Shown here: one piece after another, positions 1 to 9,413 of the stretch
Position numbering within the stretch: the stretch's first letter is position 1
How the letters are laid out: each line of letters begins with the position of its first letter
Assembly (NCBI GenBank): GCA_963666285.1
Contig: OY762711.1
Direction: 5' to 3' (one strand)
Length of the DNA stretch: 64,000 nt
Source of the DNA: Sedimentisphaerales bacterium
Lineage (GTDB): Bacteria > Planctomycetota > Phycisphaerae > Sedimentisphaerales > SM23-30
The notes under the pieces: generated by a model
The model's input: the letters and a program-made list of their open reading frames with translations, nothing else
What the model was told of the DNA's origin: nothing
Database searches by the model: none
Translations under genes and position numbers: made by a program

Positions 1-1
1 A

Positions 2-1006
2 AATTCAGATATCGTTGAAATGGCTGCTTATGCACCGCTTATGGCAAAAGATGGCTTTACCCAGTGGACCCCTGATTTGATCTTTTTCGATAATACCAGG
101 GTGTTTGGTACTCCTTCGTATTATGTTCAGAAATTATTCAGTGAATGCAAAGGTACTGAATATCTCAGTTCTAAAATTGATGATAAACAGACTCTTATCG
201 CAAAACCGGCTGGCAAGGTAGGGCTTTCTACCTGGAGAACAGCAGCAGAGTTTAAGGATGTGAAAGTCGTTTCTTCTGGAAAGGAACTTATCTCTTCGCC
301 TGCTGCTTCTCATTGGCATGCCGGACCCGGAAAATGGAGTTTTGGTAATAATTCTTACATACAGGCTGACTCTTCTGTCGATGGAGCTGTCTGTTTTGTT
401 GGCGATGCCGGCTGGGAAAATTACACTCTAACTCTTAAAGCTAAAAAGATTTCCGGACAGGAAGGATTCATTATCTGCTTCAGACGTGATAATAATGATG
501 ACGGTCTGCAGTGGAATATTGGCGGCTGGGGTAATACCAGGCATGCTGTTCAGGCTGTGGATGGCGGATCCAGTTCTGTCTTAACTGAACGTGACGGTAG
601 TGTTGATAGTGACAAATGGTATAATGTTAAAATAGAGCTGAATGGCGAAAATGTTAAATGCTTCTTGGATGGAAATCTTATTCACGACCTTGATATCCCG
701 GTTAGAGTTTCAAAAAGACTTTATGCTTCATGTACCAGGGATTCTGAAAATGGAATTGTCTATATCAAGGCGGTTAACCCTACAGCTGAACCTTTAAACT
801 TAAAAGTGAATCTTCGCGGCAGCATTAAACTTGCCTCACAGGCGTCAGTTGTATTATTCACTGCGGATGATCGCGAAATGGAAAATTCATTGGAAATGCC
901 TCAAAATGTCTATCCTGAATCTTTTACATTTGACGGAGTTTCCGATAATTTTGAATATCCATTAAAACCTTATTCTTTAACTGTAATTAAAGCGAGAGAG
1001 CGATAA
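2..1006 (+). CDS. Alpha-L-arabinofuranosidase (GH51), 3' part; gene starts upstream of the window; contains an inserted ConA/DUF1080-like domain
   Basis: Frame is open from base 2 (NSDIVEMAAYAPL...WTPDLIFFDN...TPSYYVQKLF), the GH51 catalytic-domain end. C-terminal sandwich has KAVNP...N..P..VYP...LKPYSLTV. The insert has WENYTLTLKAKK...EGF...QWNIGGWGN. Confidence 0.85.
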   Translation, partial: NSDIVEMAAYAPLMAKDGFTQWTPDLIFFDNTRVFGTPSYYVQKLFSECKGTEYLSSKIDDKQTLIAKPAGKVGLSTWRTAAEFKDVKVVSSGKELISSPAASHWHAGPGKWSFGNNSYIQADSSVDGAVCFVGDAGWENYTLTLKAKKISGQEGFIICFRRDNNDDGLQWNIGGWGNTRHAVQAVDGGSSSVLTERDGSVDSDKWYNVKIELNGENVKCFLDGNLIHDLDIPVRVSKRLYASCTRDSENGIVYIKAVNPTAEPLNLKVNLRGSIKLASQASVVLFTADDREMENSLEMPQNVYPESFTFDGVSDNFEYPLKPYSLTVIKARER

Positions 1007-1158
1007 TGTTTTTTATTCTAAAAGATATTTTTCATGGAACTTTGTTGGAAAGGAGGTTCTGTAGACTTAGATAGATTTTTGAAATTTTGGTGGTGCCGGT
1101 AATTAGAAGATACAGGCCGGTTGTTGGTAAGCAAATACTTATTTTATGGAGAACTGAA

Positions 1159-3390
1159 ATGTATAAGAAAAATGTAATTTTAAGTGTGTTTCTGGCAATG
1201 TTTATTTCTTTGCCTCTCTCTGCGGCAACTGTCGCTCATTGGACTTTTGAAGATGGTGTTCCCGGCGAGCCTTTCACTGACTCTGAGGCCGGTGAAGCTG
1301 ATGGTAGTGGCGGTTCTGTTGATCTTATCGGCGGCTATTTAATGCGGGGTTGGAGTGACTATTATGGCCCTTACTTCTCTGACAATACTCCCTGGGGTTC
1401 ATTTGTGGCTATGTCGAATGCTGATAATCATCAGGATGGATATTGTACTGACGAAGCTATTACCGGCTGGTCTCCATCTGTATGGACCATTGAATGTTCT
1501 ATTCTGCTTGAAGAGATTGATGGCTGGGAAACTTTTATTGGTCGTGATGGATCAACGAACGGTGATACCGAAGCTGATTTCTATTTTTCAAACAATGGTG
1601 AAGATGACAGGTTCCGTATAAATGTCGAAACTATCACTAGCGAACGCTGGATTCTCGATGGTGACTATACTGTTGAGACTAACAAATGGTACAATATACT
1701 CGCTATGAGTGATGGTGTCTCATTGTCAATGTGGCTTGATGACGGTGCCGGTTATCAGCAGATCGGCAAGATGGACATTTCTTCGCAGAGTATTGCAGAT
1801 AATGCTCTGGCTGTTAACAACTTCACATGGACATTTGGTCGTGGCTGGTTTAATGGAGACTATGTTGACCATATCGATGGTGGAATGGATAATATCCGGT
1901 TTATGGATACTGCAATAGTTCCTGCCTCTGGTGGCTTTGCTTCCAGTCTTAATAATGATGGTAGTGTAGGTACTCTGCAGCAGGACGAAACAGTTAATCT
2001 TGAACTCAACTTCAAAGCTGCTGTTGACCCTAATGATGCTGTTGAGTCTACGCTGTTAAAACATTATATTTATCTGTCTAGCGGTACAGATACTGATCCG
2101 AATCTTGTGCTTTACGCTACGGTTGACCATACTGATTATAATGATTCAAGTGTTACCTATTCAATCAATGGTCTTACTAACGGATCTACTTATTACTGGG
2201 CTGTAGAAGAAGGGTTTGACAGTGGAAATGGCACTGCTTATCCCGCAGGAAATAGCAATAATATCACTAGTGTTACATGGGAATTTACTACTATTGGTTT
2301 AACTCCTTCTATTGTTTCCGGACCGGATGATGCTATTGCCAAGCCTGACGCTACTTTTAGTGTGCAGGGCTCTCCTGTTGCTGAAACCTTCCAGTGGTTT
2401 AAAGTTGATGAAGCTGGCGATATTATGCTTACAGACGATGCTGTTTTCTCTGGCACTGCTTCTACCGATCTGACAGTTACAGGTGCTACCCTGGCAGAAG
2501 AAGGTCAGTATTATTGTATTGCCTATAACGGGCAGACTCCTTCTGCTCCTTCTCGTGCTGCTTATCTGTGGACTTCGCGTCTGATTGGTCACTGGAAATT
2601 TGATGACAACCTGGCTGACTCTGTAACTGATATTGTTGCCGGGGTGCCTGTTCACGATGGCGAAGTTATAATCAGTTCTGCTGCAACAGCTGCTGATGGG
2701 GCTGTTAGCTATGAAGCCGGTATTGACGGTAATGCTGTCAGCTTTAATAACGATGGTGATATTGTTCAAATTCCGAATTCTGAATACTTTAACTTCTTCC
2801 CTGGCGATATGACTGTTAGCATATGGTACAAGGTAAATGAGGCAAAGGGCTGGTTGCTGCCTATATCTAAACTTGATGGACAGGTTTCCGGTTGGCTGAT
2901 TGGTACTAATAACGAATCGACCGCTAATGCTGCATTTATTCTTGAAGTACCTAACAACTGGTTGGATGGTCGTTCTGAAGTTGATACTGGTGACGGCCAG
3001 TGGCATATGCTGACTTTGACTTATGACGCCGAATCTGAAACTATGACTGCCTATACTGACGGTGAAAGAGATGCTTATGCGACAGGTGTAGTTATTGCTC
3101 CGGATCTTGTCCCTGCTGCTCCTCTTTATATCGGTGGCTTTGAGTCTCAGTTGTCAATCAACGGTGCTATTGATGATGTCAGGATATACAGTTATGACTT
3201 TACTGCAACTGAGGTTGCTGCTCTGTATAACGAGATGAAACCTGATGAGTATGTTTGTCTTGCTACTTTAGAAGATTCTCTGGTGCATGACCTTAATGAC
3301 GACTGCCGTATTACTGTTGCTGATTTTGCAATATTTGCACAGGATTGGTTGGTTTGTGAACGCTATCCAGGCGATTCTTGTGAATGGTAA
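1159..3390 (+). CDS. Secreted LamG-like jelly-roll (x2) + Ig-like protein with C-terminal dockerin-like motif
   Basis: ATG 1159 follows GGAGA (preferred over the track's TTG 1087); signal peptide; VAHWTFEDG and IGHWKFDD...GAIDDVRIYS LamG motifs; Ig motif FQWFK...EGQYYC; C-terminal DLNDDCRITVADFAIFAQDWL. Confidence 0.8.
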   Translation: MYKKNVILSVFLAMFISLPLSAATVAHWTFEDGVPGEPFTDSEAGEADGSGGSVDLIGGYLMRGWSDYYGPYFSDNTPWGSFVAMSNADNHQDGYCTDEAITGWSPSVWTIECSILLEEIDGWETFIGRDGSTNGDTEADFYFSNNGEDDRFRINVETITSERWILDGDYTVETNKWYNILAMSDGVSLSMWLDDGAGYQQIGKMDISSQSIADNALAVNNFTWTFGRGWFNGDYVDHIDGGMDNIRFMDTAIVPASGGFASSLNNDGSVGTLQQDETVNLELNFKAAVDPNDAVESTLLKHYIYLSSGTDTDPNLVLYATVDHTDYNDSSVTYSINGLTNGSTYYWAVEEGFDSGNGTAYPAGNSNNITSVTWEFTTIGLTPSIVSGPDDAIAKPDATFSVQGSPVAETFQWFKVDEAGDIMLTDDAVFSGTASTDLTVTGATLAEEGQYYCIAYNGQTPSAPSRAAYLWTSRLIGHWKFDDNLADSVTDIVAGVPVHDGEVIISSAATAADGAVSYEAGIDGNAVSFNNDGDIVQIPNSEYFNFFPGDMTVSIWYKVNEAKGWLLPISKLDGQVSGWLIGTNNESTANAAFILEVPNNWLDGRSEVDTGDGQWHMLTLTYDAESETMTAYTDGERDAYATGVVIAPDLVPAAPLYIGGFESQLSINGAIDDVRIYSYDFTATEVAALYNEMKPDEYVCLATLEDSLVHDLNDDCRITVADFAIFAQDWLVCERYPGDSCEW

Positions 3391-3432
3391 TCCAGAGTTG
3401 TTAATATTTTAGATTTTTACAATAACAATGAT

Positions 3433-3478
3433 ATATTCACTCCGGCATGTTGCCGCATGTCGGGGTGGATATTTTTTT
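3433..3478 (+). terminator. Intrinsic terminator / stem-loop
   Basis: ATATTCACTCCGGCATG-ttgccg-CATGTCGGGGTGGATAT (with G.U pairs) followed by a T run. Confidence 0.75.
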
Positions 3479-3486
3479 AAGAAATT

Positions 3487-4491
3487 ATGAAAGAGTTATT
3501 TATGAACAATCTGTGCAAATACTTTATGTTTTGTTTGATTTTCTTTCTATCAAATACGCTTTTGATTGCGGATAATACAGTTATTAATAATTCAGATACT
3601 GATGTTCAGAAAGATCAAAAATCTGCATTTAATCTTTTGTATAGTTCTTTTAGAGGTAACGGACAGGATGGTTTGCACCTCGCTTATAGTGAAGATGGGC
3701 TGGCATGGACTGCTTTGAAAGACGATAAATCTTTCCTCAAGCCGCTGGTGGGCGGTAAATTGATGCGAGATCCTAGTATTTGTCAGGGGCCGGACGGCAT
3801 GTTCCATATGGTATGGACTACCGGATGGTGGGACAAAGGTATTGGTGTTGCCCATTCTGCTGATTTAGTAAACTGGTCTGAGCAGAAATTTCTTTCTGTT
3901 ATGAAAGATGAACCTGATGCAAAAAACTGCTGGGCTCCTGAAATATTTTATGATGAGCCTACCAAAACATACTTGATTATCTGGTCAACTACCATACTTG
4001 GCAGATTTCCGGAAACTGAAAATTCTAAAGATGACAATAATCATCGAATTTATTATGTGGCTACTAAGGATTTTGTGACATATACACCTGCAAAGTTGTT
4101 TTACGATCCTGGGTTTAACGTAATTGATGCTTTTATTGCAAAAGACGATGATAAATATATATTGTTTATTAAAAATGAACAGAAAGTTCCTGTTGCAGAA
4201 AAGAATATTCGGATGGCCTTTTCCAGTAAAGCGGTAGGGCCGTATGGCCCCGCTGGTGATTCCATCTCGACTTCATGGGTCGAAGGACCTTCTGCTGTTA
4301 AAATCGACGGGAAATGGTTCTTATTTTTCGATGGATACACCCGTCACCGTATGGAAGGGCAGGTGTCATCGGATCTGAAGAATTGGACTGATATTACTGC
4401 TAAACTTAAGTTTCCTGCCGGTACCAGGCATGGAACCGTGTTTAAAGTATCCAATGAAGTTTTGAATAATCTTAAAAAAGTTAAGGAATAG
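3487..4491 (+). CDS. Secreted GH43-like five-bladed beta-propeller glycoside hydrolase
   Basis: Signal peptide; MRDPSI, CWAPE, VIDA and EGP motifs; alternative start at 3502. Confidence 0.8.
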   Translation: MKELFMNNLCKYFMFCLIFFLSNTLLIADNTVINNSDTDVQKDQKSAFNLLYSSFRGNGQDGLHLAYSEDGLAWTALKDDKSFLKPLVGGKLMRDPSICQGPDGMFHMVWTTGWWDKGIGVAHSADLVNWSEQKFLSVMKDEPDAKNCWAPEIFYDEPTKTYLIIWSTTILGRFPETENSKDDNNHRIYYVATKDFVTYTPAKLFYDPGFNVIDAFIAKDDDKYILFIKNEQKVPVAEKNIRMAFSSKAVGPYGPAGDSISTSWVEGPSAVKIDGKWFLFFDGYTRHRMEGQVSSDLKNWTDITAKLKFPAGTRHGTVFKVSNEVLNNLKKVKE

Positions 4492-4503
4492 TAACTTTTG
4501 CAG

Positions 4504-4548
4504 TTTTCAGAGGTTGCCTTAAGTTGCAATTATTTTCAGAGGCTGCCT
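4504..4548. repeat. 16 bp tandem direct repeat TTTTCAGAGGYTGCCT x2
   Basis: 4504-4519 and 4533-4548, 15/16 identical. Confidence 0.75.
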
Positions 4549-4598
4549 GAATAGTCAAAAGTGCGACATGTATCTGATGCGAAATATAAATCGCACTT
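4548..4598. repeat. Dispersed 50 bp hairpin element, copy A
   Basis: 40/50 ungapped identity to 39551-39600; stem AAGTGCGA/TCGCACTT. Confidence 0.75.
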
Positions 4599-4634
4599 AT
4601 AAATTATACTTATGTAAATGCCTGTTGGAGCATA

Positions 4635-7600
4635 ATGGATAGATTGCATAATAAGTTATTTGTTTTTATTTTATTATTTGTATTTGCTGCTGTTGCATGC
4701 GCTGATACTTATAACGAAAGAGACAATATATCTCTGGCTGGTACTTGGCGTTTAAAATTAGACTCTGAAAATGTTGGTATCGAACAGAAGTGGTATAACA
4801 CTGAGCTTGAAATCAAAATTGTGCTGCCCGGTATCTTTCAATCTCAAGGTTATGGTGATCTCATTACCAAAGATACCCCTTGGGTGCTTTCATTATACGA
4901 TCGTAACTGGTATTTGAGAAAAGACTATAAAGACTATGCCCGTCCTGGTAACACAAAAGTTCCTTTCCTGTGTCAGCCGCCCAGGCATTATCTTGGCAAA
5001 GCCTGGTATCAAAAGAATATAAATATTCCTGAATCCTGGGCTGGAAAAAGAGTGGGGCTATTCCTGGAAAGAACCCGCTGGGAGACTACTATATGGCTGG
5101 ACGGCAGCGAGATTGGCTCTTGTGACAGCCTGGTTGCCCCTCATGAATATGAACTTGGTATTCTAACACCAGGACCTCATAAACTTACCGTTTGCGTTGA
5201 TAACGGTATGCTGATGGGCTATCGGCCTGACGCCCATAGTGTCTCAGATTCGCTTGGCAGTACCTGGAATGGTATCGTGGGAAAGATTGAACTGTTCTGC
5301 TCCAGTCCTGTCTGGATTGATGAGATTCAGGCTTATCCCGATATTCACAAAAAAAATGTCTCCTTCATGGTTAAAATCGCAAATATAACTGGTAATGACG
5401 GCTCAGGTATAATTCAGGCCGGCAGCAAAAGTATACCGGTATCCTGGACTGCTTCTGGCGGAACTGCTGAATTTGAGATTCACTATGGTAATATCGAGCT
5501 GTGGAGCGAGTTTAATCCTAAAATATATCAGCTTGATATTTTTCTTAAGGGTAATAATATAGCAGATTCACGGCCTGTCAGTTTTGGTTTTCGCGAAATT
5601 AGTACAGATGGTAATGTCCTTTTGGTTAATGGTGTCCCCAGTCATTTCCGCGGTACTCATTCTGGTGGCGATTTCCCTGAAACGGGTTATCCTGCGACCG
5701 ATATTGACTATTGGCGTAATCTGTTTAGAATTTGCAGGGATTGGGGACTCAACCATATGAGATTCCACTCTTTCTGCCCGCCTGAGGCTGCCTTTTCCGC
5801 TGCCGATGAGCTGGGTATATACCTTCAGCCGGAAGCTGGCATGTGGAATGTGATCAGCCCGAATACCCCGATGGAAAAACGTATGTATGAGGAATGCGAG
5901 CGTATGATTCGTCACTATGGCAATCATCCTTCATTTGTCCTTTTCTCGCCCAGTAACGAACCAAAGGGACACTGGAAAGAGTCCCTTACCGATTGGGTTG
6001 AATATTATCGCAAAAAAGACACCAGAAGACTTTATACCACCGGTACCGGCTGGCCTCTTATCGAGAATCCCGGCCCGGTTAAAGGTGCTGATTTCCTGGC
6101 TGTACATCGTGTTGGCTACAGACCTGTCAGGGATGATCGTGCCTGGTTTGGCCGTAACTTCCTGAAATCGGTTGATGGCGTGGATGTTCCTGTTATTGTT
6201 CACGAGCTGGGTCAGTGGTGTGCTTATCCTGATTTTGATGTCATCAGAAAATTTACCGGCTATATGCAGCCTGGCAATTATGAAATCTTCCGTGATTCTA
6301 TGGCTAAAGCCGGCCTTCTTGATATGAATAAGAGGTTCGCCGATGCGTCTGGACGCCTTCAGGCGGCATGCTACAAAGAGGAAATTGAAGCCAACCTGAG
6401 GACTCCGGGGCTGGCCGGTTTCCAGCTGCTCGACCTTCATGACTATGTTGGGCAGGGTACTGCTTTAGTTGGTGTTCTGGATGCGTTCTGGCAGAACAAA
6501 GGCTATATCCGGCCTGCTCAGTGGCGCAGGTTCTGTAGTCCGACTGTACCCCTTGCCGTTTTGAAAAAACGTGTGTTCACGACTGACGAGCCGTTTGATA
6601 TCGACATTCAGATTGCCCATTATGGTCCTCAGCCGCTTAAAGATGCAATAATATACTGGCAGGTCATCAATACCCATGGCAAGATTGCTTTTAGCGGGGA
6701 ATTTCCTGTTGATAAAATCAGCCAGGGTAGTGCAATTGATGTCGGCCATATAAATGCTGATCTGGCCGGGTTAGCTGCTCCGGCACAATATCAGCTGGTT
6801 GTCGGTCTTTCAGGCACAAATATACGTAATGACTGGAACTTCTGGCTCTACCCCGCAAAAATGGATACTGCTGTTGCTGATAATGTCTTTGTTACCAGGT
6901 CGTTTGATGACGCCGTTGCTGAACTATCAAGGGGCCGCAGGGTATTACTGATACCCCGGGCTTCTCAGCTCCAATGGACTTGTCCTCCGATTGGCCGCAA
7001 GCCGATATTCTGGAACCGACTCATGGGGCCGAAATGGGAACGATTCCTGGGCTTGTTCTGTAACCCGAACCATCCGGCTCTTAAAGATTTCATTACCGAA
7101 AAATATTATCAGTGGCACTGGCGACAGGTATTTGAACCTTATTGCAGGGCAATAAACCTGGATAGTCTCCCTGGAGAACTGACACCGCTGGTCTGGATGA
7201 TTGATGACTGGAACAGAAATTATAAACTTGCCGCTTTATTCGAATGTAAGGTTGGCAAAGGCCGCCTGCTTGTCTCTGCCGCTGATTTAGAGACTAACCT
7301 TGAATCCAGGCCTGTTGCTGCTCAACTTAGGCAGAGTATCATCAATTATATGAGTTCGGAACTGTTTACCCCTGATGTAGCAATATCTGAAAAGCAGCTT
7401 ATGAGTTTACACTACGATAATCAGGTAATGCGTAAACTTGGTGCGGTTGCCGGTGCTGACTCAGAAAATGGGGCTTACAAGGCAGCTAATCTTATTGATG
7501 GTTTTCCTGATACTTACTGGTTATCTGCCGGCCCGAAGCAAAAAGGTAAATATCCTCATGAAGTAAATATAGAATTTCCGCAAAATGCTGATATTACCGG

Positions 7601-9305
7601 CCTGCTCATTATGAATCGTCAGGATCAGAGAGAGCATCAGGGTGACGTCTTGGAATATACTGTCGAAATTAGTAATGATGGCAATTCCTGGCAAATAGCA
7701 GCTAAAGGCACACTTGAATCAACTTTCGACCTTCAGGAAATTGACTTTGGCAAAAAGGTATCTCCAAAACATATTAAGTTGATTGCCGGCTCTGGTTTTG
7801 CCGGTGATCAGTATGCTTCTTTTGCTGAAATCGGTGTGATTTATGTTGGGCCGCCTCTTCCGGATAAACCTGTTTCAGCTGATACTGCTCCTGGTATTGT
7901 TTCTTCGGCAACTGAGGAAATGTACGAGGCTGTTGATATACTGCGCAGTTCAACTAATCAATGTGCAAAATATATTGAGGATATTACAGCTGACTCTGAA
8001 TCTAATACCGATCCGGTTGAGTATGCCTTTGACGGCAACCCGCAAACTTTCTGGCATTCTCAATGGCGTCAGAGTTTATCCGGCCACCCGCATTATATTT
8101 CTGTCGAACTCAAACAATCTATACTTATAAACGGATTACGATATTTGCCTAGACAAGATCATCCAAACGGCAGGATCAGGGATTATTCCATTGAAACCAG
8201 CTCAGACGGCAAGCAGTGGATTACTCGGGCAGATGGAAGTTTTTCTTCCGGTGCCGATGCTCAGATTGTTATGTTCGATAAGCCGGTTGACGCAAAATAT
8301 ATCAGGTTAGTAACTGAATCTGAACAGCGAAAACAGGATTTTGCCTCTGTTGCAGAACTTGTTATCCTGACAGCTGACAGCAAGCCTGCTCCCAAACCAT
8401 TATATCGCGACCCGGTTTTTGATGGTGCCGCTGACCCGGTATTATGCTTCAACCATGACGAGAATAAATGGTTCATGTTCTATACCAATCGTCGTGCCAA
8501 TGCTGAAGGACTCAGCGGCGTTTCCTGGGTACACGGCACACCTATCGGCATCGCCGAATCAGCTGATGGCGGTGTCACATGGAAATATCGCCAGGATGCC
8601 AACATTGGTTACAAGAAGGGTGATGATACTTATTGGGCTCCGGATGTAATGTATTACGATGGAACTTATCATATGTATCTTACTTATGTGCCGGGAATTT
8701 TTAACGACTGGTCGCATCCGAGGGATATTATCCATCTTACCAGTAAAAACCTGCTCGATTGGGACTACCAGTCAACCCTTAAGCTGGCCTCTGACAAGGT
8801 TATCGATGCTGATGTTTATCGACTGCCAAATGGTAAATGGCGTATGTGGTACAATAATGAAAGAGATAGAAAGTCTATCTATTACGCTGACAGCGATGAC
8901 CTTTATAACTGGCAGGATAAAGGCAAGGCCGTTGGCGATAGAGCCGGTGAAGGGCCGACTGTTTTTCAATGGAAAGACTACTATTGGATGGTAGTTGATA
9001 ATTGGCGGGGGCTTGGCATTTACCGATCCGAGGATTGTGTTCACTGGGACCGGCAAAAAGATAACCTGGTCCAGGTCCCCGGCACCGGTACTGATGACCA
9101 GGTTAAGGGCGGCCACCCGGATGTGGTGGTAAATAATGGCAGGGCCTATCTGTTCTATTTTACACATCCCGGCAGAACCGAAGATAATCGCGGTAAGGAT
9201 ACTTCAGAGCAGAGAAGAAGCTCGATTCAGGTTGTCGAACTGGAATATAAAGATGGCTGGCTGGCATGTGATAGGAATAAACAAACGTATATAAAATTAA
9301 AATAG
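4635..9305 (+). CDS. Multimodular GH2 + two F5/8C (CBM32/discoidin) + C-terminal GH43-like propeller
   Basis: Signal peptide; GH2 sugar-binding domain (SLAGTW, GKAWY); NHPS...SNEP acid/base; VHELG nucleophile; two F5/8C modules (NLIDG.PDTYW, AFDGNPQTFWHSQW...YLPRQD); C-terminal DGAADP...WAPDV...VIDA...EGP. Confidence 0.85.
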   Translation: MDRLHNKLFVFILLFVFAAVACADTYNERDNISLAGTWRLKLDSENVGIEQKWYNTELEIKIVLPGIFQSQGYGDLITKDTPWVLSLYDRNWYLRKDYKDYARPGNTKVPFLCQPPRHYLGKAWYQKNINIPESWAGKRVGLFLERTRWETTIWLDGSEIGSCDSLVAPHEYELGILTPGPHKLTVCVDNGMLMGYRPDAHSVSDSLGSTWNGIVGKIELFCSSPVWIDEIQAYPDIHKKNVSFMVKIANITGNDGSGIIQAGSKSIPVSWTASGGTAEFEIHYGNIELWSEFNPKIYQLDIFLKGNNIADSRPVSFGFREISTDGNVLLVNGVPSHFRGTHSGGDFPETGYPATDIDYWRNLFRICRDWGLNHMRFHSFCPPEAAFSAADELGIYLQPEAGMWNVISPNTPMEKRMYEECERMIRHYGNHPSFVLFSPSNEPKGHWKESLTDWVEYYRKKDTRRLYTTGTGWPLIENPGPVKGADFLAVHRVGYRPVRDDRAWFGRNFLKSVDGVDVPVIVHELGQWCAYPDFDVIRKFTGYMQPGNYEIFRDSMAKAGLLDMNKRFADASGRLQAACYKEEIEANLRTPGLAGFQLLDLHDYVGQGTALVGVLDAFWQNKGYIRPAQWRRFCSPTVPLAVLKKRVFTTDEPFDIDIQIAHYGPQPLKDAIIYWQVINTHGKIAFSGEFPVDKISQGSAIDVGHINADLAGLAAPAQYQLVVGLSGTNIRNDWNFWLYPAKMDTAVADNVFVTRSFDDAVAELSRGRRVLLIPRASQLQWTCPPIGRKPIFWNRLMGPKWERFLGLFCNPNHPALKDFITEKYYQWHWRQVFEPYCRAINLDSLPGELTPLVWMIDDWNRNYKLAALFECKVGKGRLLVSAADLETNLESRPVAAQLRQSIINYMSSELFTPDVAISEKQLMSLHYDNQVMRKLGAVAGADSENGAYKAANLIDGFPDTYWLSAGPKQKGKYPHEVNIEFPQNADITGLLIMNRQDQREHQGDVLEYTVEISNDGNSWQIAAKGTLESTFDLQEIDFGKKVSPKHIKLIAGSGFAGDQYASFAEIGVIYVGPPLPDKPVSADTAPGIVSSATEEMYEAVDILRSSTNQCAKYIEDITADSESNTDPVEYAFDGNPQTFWHSQWRQSLSGHPHYISVELKQSILINGLRYLPRQDHPNGRIRDYSIETSSDGKQWITRADGSFSSGADAQIVMFDKPVDAKYIRLVTESEQRKQDFASVAELVILTADSKPAPKPLYRDPVFDGAADPVLCFNHDENKWFMFYTNRRANAEGLSGVSWVHGTPIGIAESADGGVTWKYRQDANIGYKKGDDTYWAPDVMYYDGTYHMYLTYVPGIFNDWSHPRDIIHLTSKNLLDWDYQSTLKLASDKVIDADVYRLPNGKWRMWYNNERDRKSIYYADSDDLYNWQDKGKAVGDRAGEGPTVFQWKDYYWMVVDNWRGLGIYRSEDCVHWDRQKDNLVQVPGTGTDDQVKGGHPDVVVNNGRAYLFYFTHPGRTEDNRGKDTSEQRRSSIQVVELEYKDGWLACDRNKQTYIKLK

Positions 9306-9413
9306 TGTCATAATTTAATATTGCGGAAATTGTAAGAATTGTAATGTCGTATCGTGAGTAGTTTTTAGTGAAACAGTAATTTTTAATAGTTTTATTATTT
9401 CGAGGTGATTATT

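Noticed and set aside
1036..1062. SigmaE-type promoter GGAACTT...TCTG
   Set aside because: Spacer is only 15 bp and the -10 match is poor
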